A DNA stretch of 64,000 nt from Patescibacteria group bacterium (GTDB lineage Bacteria > Patescibacteriota > Microgenomatia > UBA1400 > MFAQ01). Shown here in pieces: positions 53,511 through 63,618 of this stretch. Each line of letters begins with the position of its first letter. The stretch's first letter is position 1. The translations under genes and the position numbers were made by a program. The DNA is taken from contig CALRDV010000003.1 in the NCBI GenBank assembly GCA_943355005.1, positions 8,590 through 72,589 of the forward strand. The letters run 5' to 3'. The notes below the pieces were generated by a model that saw nothing but the letters and a program-made list of their open reading frames with translations, had not been told where the DNA came from and did not search any database.

Positions 53511-55583
53511 ATGAAATTGGTAATCGTAGAATCACCCACCAAGACAAAAAGTCTCTCAAAATATTTGGGAGGTGATTTTGAGATCTTGGCAAGTATGGGA
53601 CATGTGCGGGATTTGCCGAAAAGTAAATTTGGAATTGAAATAAAAGATAACGGGGATGATAAATTTAGCTTCGAACCGACTTACGCCATCATGGATAAGA
53701 AGGAAGATACAGTGAAGAGACTCAAAGTCGAGGCAGCCAGAGCCGACGAAGTAATACTTGCTTCCGATCCTGACCGCGAAGGAGAAGCAATCGCCTGGCA
53801 TGTAGAACAAATTTTGAAAGATGCCCTAAAAGGCAAGAAGAAACAGCCAATTTTTAAGAGAGTGGCTTACAACTCTATCACCAAGGAAGCGATTCTTGAA
53901 GCTATGGAGAACCCTCGTGAAATTGATATGAACATGGTGAACTCTCAGCAAGCCAGAAGGTTTCTGGATCGTTTGGTGGGATATAAACTGTCGCCAATTT
54001 TATGGAAAAAAGTTCGACGTGGATTGTCTGCCGGCCGGGTGCAGAGTGTGGCAGTCCGATTAATTGTAGACAGGGAAAGAGAGATTGAAAAATTTATCCC
54101 TGTCGAGTATTGGCAAATTAGGGCTTTGGTAAAAACCGAAAAAGGAGATGAATTTTGGGTAGAGCTGGCCCGCCTACGCAGTGCTACGGCGAGGCAAGCT
54201 AAATTAGAAATAAGAAATGGAGTAGAAGCCAAAGAAATATTGGATGTATTGGAAACAGTTGACTATTTAATTGAAGACATTAAGAAGTCCGAGAGGAAGA
54301 CGCAACCCCATGCGCCGTTCAAGACATCTACTTTACAGCAAGCTGCGGCAAACGTTTTGGGCTGGTCCGCTAAGAAAACGATGAATGTGGCACAAAAACT
54401 TTACGAGCAGGGAGATATTACTTACCACAGAACTGATTCATTTAATTTAGCTCCTGTCGCCATTGATGCGACCAGGAAATTTATTCTTGAGGAATATGGT
54501 GAAAAGTATTTGCCAAAAGTGCCGAGAATGTACAAGACTTCAGGTAAAGTGGTAGCACAAGAAGCCCATGAAGCCGTCCGACCAACACATATCGAAGTCA
54601 CACCGGAAAAATATACAGGCCAAGAAATGCCGATTGATGAGAAGAAACTTTATTCACTGATTTGGCGAAGAACGGTAGCGTGTCAGATGGCCGAAGCAAT
54701 TTTTGATGATACAAAAGTAGTGGTGAAGGCAGGAACTTGTGAACTGACAGCCAATGGAATTGTAGTGAAGTTTGATGGCTGGAAAAAACTGTTTGCCAAA
54801 GACCCCACTTCGCCAGGGCTTCGAGGGGCAAGTAATGAACCTGTGGCTTTGCCGGAAATGAAAGTGGGGGAGAAGCTGACGAAAAAGAAGATTGAAAGTT
54901 TGCAGAAATTCACCCAGCCGCCGGCTAGGTTTAATGATGCATCGCTTATCAAGGAGCTGGAGAAGAAGGGGATTGGACGACCTTCGACTTACGCGGCAAT
55001 TATCTCGACAATCATTGATCGAAGATATGTAGAGCAGAAAGATAAAAAGTTTTTCCCGACATCGATTGGGAAAGCGGTAGTAGATTTCCTCATGGAAAAC
55101 TTCCCTAGAGAGATGGAATATGAGTTTACGGCGAAGATGGAAGATTCTTTGGATGATATTGCGAGTGGAAAAGTGAAGTGGATGGAGATGCTAAGTAAGT
55201 TTTGGGGTGATTTTTCCAGAAAATTATTTAAGGTGGATAAAGACAGTGCTAGAGTCGGAGTTCCCACTGAGAGTACCGGCCAGAAGTGTCCGGAGTGCAA
55301 AGAGGGGGAGATAGTGATTCGTGATGGTAAATTTGGAAAGTTCCTAAGCTGTAATAGATATCCGGAGTGTAAATATAAGGCGCCTTATATTCTGTATGTA
55401 GATGGTGTGGTGTGTGAGAAATGTGGCAAAAGAGTGGTGATGAAGAAAACTAAAACTAACCGAGATTTTTACGGCTGTGAGGACTACCCGAACTGTACCT
55501 GGGCCAGCTGGAAGAAGCCTCTCACCAAGGAAGAGGAGAAACAGGCTGAGGTAAAAGATACGGGAGAGGAAGTGGAGGAGTAG
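53511..55583 (+). CDS. topA: DNA topoisomerase I
   Basis: The start was moved to ATG 53511 ('MKLVIVESPTKTKSL'). It has the TOPRIM motif 'ASDPDREGE', the active-site region 'ITYHRTDS' and C-terminal Zn ribbons. Confidence 0.9.
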   Translation: MKLVIVESPTKTKSLSKYLGGDFEILASMGHVRDLPKSKFGIEIKDNGDDKFSFEPTYAIMDKKEDTVKRLKVEAARADEVILASDPDREGEAIAWHVEQILKDALKGKKKQPIFKRVAYNSITKEAILEAMENPREIDMNMVNSQQARRFLDRLVGYKLSPILWKKVRRGLSAGRVQSVAVRLIVDREREIEKFIPVEYWQIRALVKTEKGDEFWVELARLRSATARQAKLEIRNGVEAKEILDVLETVDYLIEDIKKSERKTQPHAPFKTSTLQQAAANVLGWSAKKTMNVAQKLYEQGDITYHRTDSFNLAPVAIDATRKFILEEYGEKYLPKVPRMYKTSGKVVAQEAHEAVRPTHIEVTPEKYTGQEMPIDEKKLYSLIWRRTVACQMAEAIFDDTKVVVKAGTCELTANGIVVKFDGWKKLFAKDPTSPGLRGASNEPVALPEMKVGEKLTKKKIESLQKFTQPPARFNDASLIKELEKKGIGRPSTYAAIISTIIDRRYVEQKDKKFFPTSIGKAVVDFLMENFPREMEYEFTAKMEDSLDDIASGKVKWMEMLSKFWGDFSRKLFKVDKDSARVGVPTESTGQKCPECKEGEIVIRDGKFGKFLSCNRYPECKYKAPYILYVDGVVCEKCGKRVVMKKTKTNRDFYGCEDYPNCTWASWKKPLTKEEEKQAEVKDTGEEVEE

Positions 55584-55624
55584 ATTTTTAGTATAAAAAA
55601 GACCCCACAAGGGAGTCTTTTGAT

Positions 55625-56056
55625 TTATGATGCGGTATAGGAGACTTCGGCTTTTTCGCTGGGGTGATCCGGAACAATTCGGATATCGACATTCTTGTCC
55701 GCACTTTGTTCGCCACAGTCGGTACGGAACCTGATATTAAAGGCTCCGGTGACTATTACTGTTCGGACAACTGGCTCACCACTATTACTTACCGGCGTAA
55801 CCCCGTGCTGAATGGTTCGGTTGCCTTCTTTGGATGAGTAGATTTGTGCCTTGCCATCAGAGACACTGACCTCCGCCCGGTAACCGTTTTGCGCGAACTT
55901 GATAGTTATCTTCATTCCATCGTAGACATATCCTGTCATGTTCAGTGTGTCGCCAAAAGTTGCCTTGGTGACTTGTAATCCTGCAATATCGAGGGAGTGA
56001 TAATCGTTTAGATGACCAACAGTCAAGGTCTTTCCTGGTTCAAGTGATTTTTCCAT
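55625..56056 (-). CDS. hypothetical protein (GC-elevated)
   Basis: 143-aa ORF. Confidence 0.4.
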   Translation of the reverse strand: MEKSLEPGKTLTVGHLNDYHSLDIAGLQVTKATFGDTLNMTGYVYDGMKITIKFAQNGYRAEVSVSDGKAQIYSSKEGNRTIQHGVTPVSNSGEPVVRTVIVTGAFNIRFRTDCGEQSADKNVDIRIVPDHPSEKAEVSYTAS

Positions 56057-56202
56057 TTAAAGTTCTCCTTTGTAACGTGCCTGGGGTGAGTTTTTAGATA
56101 CCCTATATAGTACCACAGATGAGGCTGGAATGTCAAGTTCTAGGTAAAAGTGATATAATATGGGTTGAAAGTTCGCTAACAAAAATTTGAGAGGAGCAGA
56201 CA

Positions 56203-56772
56203 ATGGATATTTCAGTTTCAAGTATTAAGTTTTCTAATAGAAGTATTATCAAAGCGTCATTGCCCGAAGGATATCAGACGAGTAACGGGGATAAAACCGA
56301 CCACATCGTCGCAATTTGCAACGGAACCACAATGGTGGGTACCGCCCAGGTCGAGGGTCTTCATGTACATTTCGAATTTGAAAAGGATGTACACGGTGTG
56401 ATCACCGAGAAGGCGCAAGCTTTCAAAAAGGCGCTATACAAGAAGTTTCCGGAACTGGATCCTGAACGGATCGTCTGGAATATCTTCTACCTCTGGGGCA
56501 CAGAGTATACGTATCATGGGCAGGGCTACACCAATCCCGTCAGCGCCTTGAATGAATTTGAACCGATGATGGCACGGAATGGGGCATGGCTTTGCTCGTT
56601 TCGGGCGAAGCATGCAATGGAATTGGAGTTCGATACTCTTGCTTCATTTCCCATCTACGCTGCTGAGGGTTTGAGTTTTGATTCGTTTTCTGATGTGGGG
56701 TCAATTCATATCATGATCACAAACGATGAAAAAGCCAGCTTGAACATCACGAATACTCTCGCGCTGGAATAG
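56203..56772 (+). CDS. hypothetical protein (GC-elevated; strong SD and -10)
   Basis: 189 aa. Upstream are TGTCAA-N17-TATAAT and the RBS 'GAGAGGAG'. Downstream is a terminator at 56781..56812. Confidence 0.5.
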   Translation: MDISVSSIKFSNRSIIKASLPEGYQTSNGDKTDHIVAICNGTTMVGTAQVEGLHVHFEFEKDVHGVITEKAQAFKKALYKKFPELDPERIVWNIFYLWGTEYTYHGQGYTNPVSALNEFEPMMARNGAWLCSFRAKHAMELEFDTLASFPIYAAEGLSFDSFSDVGSIHIMITNDEKASLNITNTLALE

Positions 56773-56837
56773 TTTCTATAATGCGACTCGCAAATGCGGG
56801 TCGCTTTTTTTATAAAAAAACCCAGTTATATCTGGGT

Positions 56838-57278
56838 TTATTTGCTTTGAAGTGAATAGAGTAATCTCAGGCCGTGAACTGATATTAGGGGGGCTATGGT
56901 GAGAGTTACGATTACCGGGATGTTTTCTTTAGTGACAGATTCCCAGGATAGCAGATAAGTTTCGGGGGCGGTCAGGATGACTCCCGGCTTAAGATTTTTG
57001 CGAGAGAGACCGGAGTGCTTATAGGAGAAATTTAATGGTCTAGTAATGTCCGATGCGTTCTCGATGGAGAAGCGACCCATGAGGCCTTTACCGACATTCA
57101 CTTTTAGAATATGTCCCACATTGACAAGGTCAGGGATGAGAATTGAATGGACGAGATTTTGTTTTCTCTCTGTACCACCATAAATGTGAAAGACGCCAAA
57201 GTCTGGACAAGTGCGATTGGTAAATACTTCTTTAGGGATATTTTGAACAAGTGAAATGACGACATCATTCATGTGCAT
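56838..57278 (-). CDS. hypothetical protein
   Basis: 146-aa ORF. Confidence 0.4.
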   Translation of the reverse strand: MHMNDVVISLVQNIPKEVFTNRTCPDFGVFHIYGGTERKQNLVHSILIPDLVNVGHILKVNVGKGLMGRFSIENASDITRPLNFSYKHSGLSRKNLKPGVILTAPETYLLSWESVTKENIPVIVTLTIAPLISVHGLRLLYSLQSK

Positions 57279-57314
57279 GGTTATCTCCTTTTTTCAATGG
57301 GCAAAGATGAGTAA

Positions 57315-58610
57315 TTGTACTATCATTTAATTATGGCTATTTTTGCCCGAATAAAGAAATTGTTGAAGTCGGTCGGTCCCGGGTTTATTACCGGGGCGGC
57401 GGATGATGATCCGAGTGGAGTAGCGACGTACTCTATTGCCGGAGCACAGTTTGGCTATGGCATGCTTTGGATGAGTTTGTTTCTGCTGCCGGCGATGATT
57501 TCTATTCAGGAAATGTGCGGACGAATCGGCATGGTGTCCGGACGAGGTTTGGCCGGGGTGATTAAAAAATATTATTCTAAGAAGCTGTTGTGGTTTGCTG
57601 TCTCACTTCTTTTTGTAGCTAATGTGATTAATATTGGCGCCGATTTGGGTATTATGGCTGCCTCATTACAAATGCTTTTGGGACTGCCATATTATTTTTG
57701 GCTGGTAGTGACATCTGCACTTATTATATGGATGGAGATTGCTGTTTCTTACAAAAAATATTCCAAATATCTTAAGTGGTTGGGCCTTTCATTGCTAGTT
57801 TATGTCATCACCGCTTTTATGGTGAAGCAAGAACTGAAGGAAATTGTGATGTCTACTTTGGTGCCCAGTATCCAATTTAATCTGGGTTATTTGATGACTT
57901 TGGTGGGTTTTCTAGGAACCACGATTTCTCCATATTTATTTTTCTGGCAAGCTTCGGAAGAAGTTGAGGAGGAAATTTCTGATGCTAGATTTCCGATATC
58001 AGACTTCGATCAAAAAGCGGCGGTCAGCAAGAAAAGAGTGGCTGTAATGAGAGCGGATACTAATGTGGGAATGCTTTTTTCCAATCTGATGACTTTCTTT
58101 ATCATTCTAACCACGGCTGCGACTTTAAATAAAAATGGAATTTTCAGTATCAATACACCCCAAGAAGCGGCACTCGCACTTAAACCGCTGGCAGGGGATT
58201 TTGCCTATATTTTGTTTGCTGTAGGAATTATCGGAATTGGTTTGCAGTCTATTCCTGTCTTGGCCGGCTCGGTCGCTTATGCTGTATCTGAGGCCTTAGG
58301 GATAAAAGAAGGTTTGTCTAAAAAATTTGGTGAGGCCAAGGGGTTTTATCTCGTGATTTTTGTAGCGACAATTATGGGTATGCTCATGAATATGTTTGGC
58401 GTAAATACGATTCAAGCTCTTTATTATAGTGCGATTGTAAATGGGGTAATTGCCGTACCTCTTATTTTTATCATCATTAAACTGGCGGATGACGAAAGAG
58501 TAGTGGATGGTTTCAAGACCAAAAAGTGGGCTAAAGTCTTCGCTTGGGCTACCTTTGTTTTTATGGCTTTGGCGGTGGTACTGATGGTGATGGCGACACT
58601 ATTGAAATGA
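57315..58610 (+). CDS. NRAMP-family divalent metal cation transporter (MntH-like)
   Basis: 431 aa with 'GPGFITGAADDDPSG' (NRAMP N-terminal signature) and about 11 TMs. Confidence 0.7.
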   Translation: MYYHLIMAIFARIKKLLKSVGPGFITGAADDDPSGVATYSIAGAQFGYGMLWMSLFLLPAMISIQEMCGRIGMVSGRGLAGVIKKYYSKKLLWFAVSLLFVANVINIGADLGIMAASLQMLLGLPYYFWLVVTSALIIWMEIAVSYKKYSKYLKWLGLSLLVYVITAFMVKQELKEIVMSTLVPSIQFNLGYLMTLVGFLGTTISPYLFFWQASEEVEEEISDARFPISDFDQKAAVSKKRVAVMRADTNVGMLFSNLMTFFIILTTAATLNKNGIFSINTPQEAALALKPLAGDFAYILFAVGIIGIGLQSIPVLAGSVAYAVSEALGIKEGLSKKFGEAKGFYLVIFVATIMGMLMNMFGVNTIQALYYSAIVNGVIAVPLIFIIIKLADDERVVDGFKTKKWAKVFAWATFVFMALAVVLMVMATLLK

Positions 58611-58646
58611 CCCTAGACAGGTCGATAAATTTAGAATAAGTTAGAG

Positions 58647-58874
58647 GTGATGACGGAAAAATTTGATAGTAAATTTCATAAATGGTATGTCGGTGGAGAT
58701 GGTGAAGTAGTTGAGCGACCACTTCCAAGCCCCACTTTTGAGGTAGTAGGGATGACCTATGAGGAAGTGTTGGATGAGTACCGTATTTATATGGGAGATC
58801 CTTTGGCTGAATTTCCTCAAGCAATAATCGACCAATTAAAAATGGCCGGAAAGGTACCTGAAGAAAATGGGTAG
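58647..58874 (+). CDS. small hypothetical protein
   Basis: 75 aa. Its end overlaps the start of the next gene by 8 nt. Confidence 0.3.
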   Translation: MMTEKFDSKFHKWYVGGDGEVVERPLPSPTFEVVGMTYEEVLDEYRIYMGDPLAEFPQAIIDQLKMAGKVPEENG

Positions 58875-59445
58875 ATTTATTGTTTTGTACGGGTCCAATA
58901 ATCTCGGAAAATCGAAGCAGTTGGAACTTTTGGAACAGACCTATCTGGAAGCTGGATTACCGTATACTAGAATAAAATATCCCATCTACGATTCGCCGAC
59001 AGGTGAAATCATTAATAGAGTTTTGAGGCCGGATGAAAATGGAAATAAGCTGGAAATGTCCGATGACGATTTACAGTGCCTGTATGCCGAAAACAGGAGG
59101 CAGTATGAACTGGCTTTGTTGGCTTTACTTGAGCAAGGCGACGTAATCGCAGAGGATTATGTGGGTACAGGTTTGGCTTGGGGACTGACTAAGGGTGTGG
59201 ATAGGGGGCTCTTGGATGAATTTAATAGGGGACTACTAAGACCTGATTTTGAGATACTGTTGGATGGACAAAGGTTTGGTGGAAGTATCGAAAAAGGCCA
59301 CCGACACGAAGCGGCCGGTCAAGAGGTTTGGGAGAGAAGTCGGGAGGTTCACTTGGGTTTGGCTCGGGAAATGGGGTGGAGGATAGTAAACGCCAATGAA
59401 AGTGTGGAAAGGGTGCATGAGAGCATTATGGAGATTTTGAGCTAG
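58867..59445 (+). CDS. P-loop nucleoside-monophosphate kinase, thymidylate-kinase-like
   Basis: 192 aa with P-loop 'LYGSNNLGKS' and 'IAEDYVGTGLAWG', which resembles the Tmk DRY/substrate-binding region. Confidence 0.45.
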   Translation: MGRFIVLYGSNNLGKSKQLELLEQTYLEAGLPYTRIKYPIYDSPTGEIINRVLRPDENGNKLEMSDDDLQCLYAENRRQYELALLALLEQGDVIAEDYVGTGLAWGLTKGVDRGLLDEFNRGLLRPDFEILLDGQRFGGSIEKGHRHEAAGQEVWERSREVHLGLAREMGWRIVNANESVERVHESIMEILS

Positions 59446-59461
59446 AGAATTACCGGGGGTC

Positions 59462-59490
59462 TTGACAAATTGACTGTTATGGGGTATACT
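59462..59490 (+). promoter_or_regulatory. sigma70-like promoter P3 (TTGACA-N17-TATACT), near-duplicate of P1
   Basis: cTTGACAAATtgacTGTTATGGGGTATAct versus P1 cTTGACAAATctcgTGTTATGGGGTATtat. Confidence 0.55.
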
Positions 59491-59591
59491 TCCCACTATT
59501 GTGCTGTGCCTGATGCATAGCTAATCCTAGAAGTTGCGGCTCGGCCGTGACTCAGGACCTTGATAACTGAATGAAAGGAAAGGAGCGAGAC

Positions 59592-61052
59592 ATGGAAAAA
59601 TTTATCCTAGGGGCAGAAATTTTCTTATTTGCCTCGATTGTATTGTTCGCTGTTAAGGCGATACTGGATGTTACCAACTCGGACTACGAAGTGACCTGGA
59701 ATGAATACATTGTCGTCACGATAGTTGTTGGTCTGGTTCTCTCTTTTGGAGGGGTTCAGATCGGTTGGGCGCAAGCTCGTAATTCACAGAAAAGCTTTAA
59801 TGAGATTTGGGGTGGCTGGGAGAATGGAGCATGGCCTGTTGATTTTGGCTGTACCAAGGACGGTCCTTGTATACACGAGTATCCTTGTGATCACTACATT
59901 ACATATACGACTGAGTGTAATGGGTATGACAAAGATGGTAAATGCACAGGTACTCACCAAGAACCACATGATAATTGGCATGCTTGCCCGGTTTATACCA
60001 AGGAAACCAGCTATCTGATGTCGACTAACCTCGATCAAGAATTTGAGTTCGGTAATCACTGTGTCGATCTAAATCCTGTTCGTTGGGGAATTGGATCTTC
60101 CGATTATGAAGCTGGACAAACTGCCGTCAACGCATGTGTGGGCATTCCGCCTGCCTGGGAAGCGGTGAACTATCGTGTAAACGTGATTCATCAGCCTGGT
60201 CCTGCTTTCAAAAAGAATACATACGAAAACCTCGTAATCGCAGCGGATGAGGAAATGTTCAAGAAGTATGATGGATATGTTCAGGAATTTTTGGCGGCCG
60301 GGATTCTTCCTATGGTGGTCAGTCCTGAAGCAATTCACGATTACTATTTGACTGAGCCGATATATGCTGTTGGGTGGGCGCCTCAAAACCCTGCACAATG
60401 GCAGGAATACATCCGCTATCTCGATGGTGCAGTTGGTGAAGAACTGCATGGTACTACCCATGTCGTAATCATCCAAAGCCCAATTGCTGATAGGAATCCT
60501 CAGCGCTATATTACTACTCTCAAAGCTTATTGGCAGGATCCTAAGTTCTGCGGTGACAACTGTTTTCCCAAAAATGGAATTTTGATCGTTGTTGGGACGA
60601 CGGATGGATCAACAGTGGCTTGGGCGCGAGCTGAGACAGGTATGCCTGTAGGCAACCGAGACCTGATCAACCATGCTGAGATCGATCTAGTAGGTGTTGC
60701 CTTAACACCTGATGCTTTGATCGGACGAATCATCCCTGAGCCTTATGTCCGTGACGATGGCAAGAATAAAGTGCGGGCATTACACCCGAATCCAGGTGCA
60801 ATCGAAACACTAGTCTGGGGCTTAAAATTCCCTGAGACCAAGTTCGTGCGTATCTCGATGAAGGCGAAGGATGCGGATGATGTGGGAACTGGGTTTAATT
60901 GGTTGGAAGAAATGATTCGTCCAACAAAAACTCAGCAAAGATGGATCGTATTTTGGTGTTCTTTGTTGTCACTTATCCCGATCGGGATTGTGGCGGCTAA
61001 TGGCGAACGACCACGCCGGCGCAGTCGCTCCTCATCGAGCTACTTCCGGTAG
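59592..61052 (+). CDS. Cys-rich membrane protein, hypothetical
   Basis: The track ORF 59571..61052 was trimmed to 'MEKFILGAEIF'. It has 2 N-terminal TMs, a Cys-rich ectodomain ('CIHEYPCDHY...CNGYDKDGKC'), a C-terminal TM and an Arg/Ser tail. Confidence 0.45.
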   Translation: MEKFILGAEIFLFASIVLFAVKAILDVTNSDYEVTWNEYIVVTIVVGLVLSFGGVQIGWAQARNSQKSFNEIWGGWENGAWPVDFGCTKDGPCIHEYPCDHYITYTTECNGYDKDGKCTGTHQEPHDNWHACPVYTKETSYLMSTNLDQEFEFGNHCVDLNPVRWGIGSSDYEAGQTAVNACVGIPPAWEAVNYRVNVIHQPGPAFKKNTYENLVIAADEEMFKKYDGYVQEFLAAGILPMVVSPEAIHDYYLTEPIYAVGWAPQNPAQWQEYIRYLDGAVGEELHGTTHVVIIQSPIADRNPQRYITTLKAYWQDPKFCGDNCFPKNGILIVVGTTDGSTVAWARAETGMPVGNRDLINHAEIDLVGVALTPDALIGRIIPEPYVRDDGKNKVRALHPNPGAIETLVWGLKFPETKFVRISMKAKDADDVGTGFNWLEEMIRPTKTQQRWIVFWCSLLSLIPIGIVAANGERPRRRSRSSSSYFR

Positions 61053-61087
61053 TCGTTTATAAAACTATTGTTCAAGGAGAAATAAAA

Positions 61088-61753
61088 ATGGATCCGATTC
61101 AAATTTTGAAGAAATACGGTTGGTTGGTGGTTGTGGGCGTGATTTTGCTCAGCATCATCAGCGCTGTGAGTAATACCAAGACGCAAAACCGGTTCTACGA
61201 GAACCAGGCGAATGCGATCTATGCATCGTGCCAGACCGAATTGTCGACCTACATGGTCGCCTTCAACGACAAGTTCAGCATTATGAACTTCAATGCCGCG
61301 ACGGTTCATTCCGTCATCACGGACGCTGTTACCGGGCGTTATGATCAGCTTGGCAACGATGGTCTGCCGACAGGAAGTATCGACGCTGGACTGCTGGTGA
61401 ATGCCATTATGGTCAGTGAGGCTTACCCTGACACCAGCGCTTTGACTGCGTTCGCGCAAGAATTTTCAATTTGGGATGCTTCCCGGCGCGAGGATTTTGG
61501 GAATTGCCAAAAATCACTTATCAGCAATTTCCAGTCCTGGGACACCTTCAACAGTGGTCTGGTTCAGGAACCGTTGTCTGCTGCGATGGGATTCCCCGAT
61601 GAAAAACTGACGACTGGTGGAAAGAATCCGCTTTTTGGTCAGGCTGCCCGCGAGAAGATGCTCGAATTGGTCCTGTACAAGGGCGCGCGCGATGCGTATG
61701 AGTCCGGTGATCTTTTGGACAACCCAATCCCGACCCCGATGATTCAGCCTTAA
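61088..61753 (+). CDS. membrane-anchored hypothetical protein
   Basis: 221 aa with an N-terminal TM. Followed by a terminator at 61785..61810. Confidence 0.45.
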   Translation: MDPIQILKKYGWLVVVGVILLSIISAVSNTKTQNRFYENQANAIYASCQTELSTYMVAFNDKFSIMNFNAATVHSVITDAVTGRYDQLGNDGLPTGSIDAGLLVNAIMVSEAYPDTSALTAFAQEFSIWDASRREDFGNCQKSLISNFQSWDTFNSGLVQEPLSAAMGFPDEKLTTGGKNPLFGQAAREKMLELVLYKGARDAYESGDLLDNPIPTPMIQP

Positions 61754-61980
61754 TCATCGATCCATTCAGTATCATAATATTAGTCTCCCCAGTACGGGGA
61801 GACTTTTTTGTGGCTTAAGTGGTAATTGCAATGGGTAATAACCATGCCTCTGGGGGGTCCTGTAGTGCTCCTAAATCCTGATATTAACGTAATATCCTAT
61901 ATGAATGGCTCCAGGATAGTCACGTACTGCCTTTAGCCAATAAAAAGCCTCTCCCGTTGGGAGAGGCTTTCTTTGTTTCT

Positions 61981-62775
61981 TCATCGAAGATAGAATGTCA
62001 AGAATTTCAAACCCGCCACGGCGCTATTGTGAGCGGCCGCGTCGTAGGTGGATTCGACTTTAACGCCATCAGCATCGTTACTAATCGAGCTAAAGACGAT
62101 GAATGGAACGTTGTTGTGTTTTTTGGCGATAACGGCGAGGTTATAAGACTCCATGTCTACAATACTCGCACCAGTTGCTTTGAACACATCGGGGCCGTTA
62201 GTCACGTACTCTTTGGCAGTGACGCCTGAGCTGGTGACTATCGCCAGTTGGTTGTCTTTTACGATTTGGATGAGGTTGTTTTCGATTTTAACTGAGTTTC
62301 CTGTGTGTTGTTCCGACCAGAATTCAGGCACAACCACACTAAGTATTTCGAGGTTTGAGTCTAAACCACCTGAAATTCCGACGTAGATAACAATCTGTAC
62401 ATCGAGGAAGTTGTTCAGGACATAATCCAGATCCTTTTCGGCACCCGGTCCAAAACCAGTCAAGTCGAAATAATTGAACTCAACACCGTAATACGATGCT
62501 CTGTAGACAGTGACATCGCCTGAGAGGCAGGTGGCAATCGGTGTGGCTGAATCTGAAATGGCTGCTAGTTCACGGCCAAGAGCTGTTACTACGAGGGGCA
62601 TTGATTCAAGGTAGAACTCTGAAGTGCAAGCTGTGATTTCCTGTGCAGGAGGCGCTTTAGGAGCGCAACCGGTAAAGAGAATCAAAAAAGCAATGATCAA
62701 GATAATCGTTTTGTGATTCATGTTAATGTCCATTTCTGAGGCATAGCCTCCTGATGTGAGATACGAGAATCCCAT
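61981..62775 (-). CDS. lipoprotein with a PNP_UDP_1 (nucleoside phosphorylase/MTA-SAH nucleosidase-like) domain
   Basis: 'IVDMESYNLAVIAKKHNNVPFIVFSSISNDADG' resembles the MtnN/PNP family. A likely internal start is 'MNHKTIILIIAFLILFTGC' (lipobox). Confidence 0.5.
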   Translation of the reverse strand: MGFSYLTSGGYASEMDINMNHKTIILIIAFLILFTGCAPKAPPAQEITACTSEFYLESMPLVVTALGRELAAISDSATPIATCLSGDVTVYRASYYGVEFNYFDLTGFGPGAEKDLDYVLNNFLDVQIVIYVGISGGLDSNLEILSVVVPEFWSEQHTGNSVKIENNLIQIVKDNQLAIVTSSGVTAKEYVTNGPDVFKATGASIVDMESYNLAVIAKKHNNVPFIVFSSISNDADGVKVESTYDAAAHNSAVAGLKFLTFYLR

Positions 62776-62845
62776 AGTATATCATAATTGAGGCTGTTTG
62801 TCAAGAAAATATGCGTAAATTGTGGGGTTTGGGGTAGAATAAAGC

Positions 62846-63607
62846 ATGGCAAAAGCAATATTTGATGGTAAAAAAGAGGCAGAACGAATGGCTGTATTTC
62901 TCGAGGAGTCGGAAAGACTCCTGGGGAAAAGTCTGGTGATATTTCAGTGCGATGGGCGTACGGATGAGAGTGCGTATGTGCGGCTCAAGCACGAGATGGG
63001 GGAGAGACTTGGGGTGATGGTGTCAGTCATATATGCTCAGGATAAGGAAGAGCTGAAGGAAATGCTTGCGTCTGCAAACGAGGATGATACAGTGGATGGT
63101 ATTTTGATACAGTTGCCGGTAGTTGGAACGGATAAGGCTGAATTGGAGAGTATTGTGGCTTCAATTAAGCCAAGTAAAGATGTTGATGGGTTAAACCCCA
63201 AAAGCAGATTTGTACCCGCAGTAATCAGAGCTGTGGAAAGGGTCGTGGAGATATTTAAGATTAGTGAAGATGATCGGGTGGCTGTGGTGGGTGCGAAAGG
63301 AGCGATTGGAAGCCGGCTTATGACTAGACTCCACGATCTGAATATTGAGCCTGAAGGGTTTGATAAAGGGGATGATCTTAAGAATCTTAAGGACTTTGAT
63401 GTAGTTATAAGCTGTACCGGTACGGTTGGGGTGATTACCGGAGAAATGGTAATGGATGGCTTCGTGGGCATAGACCTAGGCTATCCTAAGGGGGATATTT
63501 CGCCTGAGGCGGTCGAAAAGGCGTCTTTGATCACCCCTGTGCCTGGTGGCGTGGGCCCCATGACTGTAGTGGCTCTCTTTGAGAATCTCGCGGATACGGA
63601 GTATTAA
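62846..63607 (+). CDS. folD: bifunctional methylenetetrahydrofolate dehydrogenase/cyclohydrolase
   Basis: 253 aa with 'PVPGGVGPMTVVAL' and a Rossmann 'VAVVGAKGAIGSRL'. Confidence 0.75.
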   Translation: MAKAIFDGKKEAERMAVFLEESERLLGKSLVIFQCDGRTDESAYVRLKHEMGERLGVMVSVIYAQDKEELKEMLASANEDDTVDGILIQLPVVGTDKAELESIVASIKPSKDVDGLNPKSRFVPAVIRAVERVVEIFKISEDDRVAVVGAKGAIGSRLMTRLHDLNIEPEGFDKGDDLKNLKDFDVVISCTGTVGVITGEMVMDGFVGIDLGYPKGDISPEAVEKASLITPVPGGVGPMTVVALFENLADTEY

Positions 63608-63618
63608 AAAGTAAGACT

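Noticed and set aside
52609-53514. Multiple overlapping short ORFs (52609..52815, 52923..53195, 53024..53209, 53092..53514, 53210..53410)
   Set aside because: Mutually overlapping frames inside a GC-rich, promoter/terminator-bounded interval are typical of structured noncoding RNA. The region is treated as ncRNA candidates instead.
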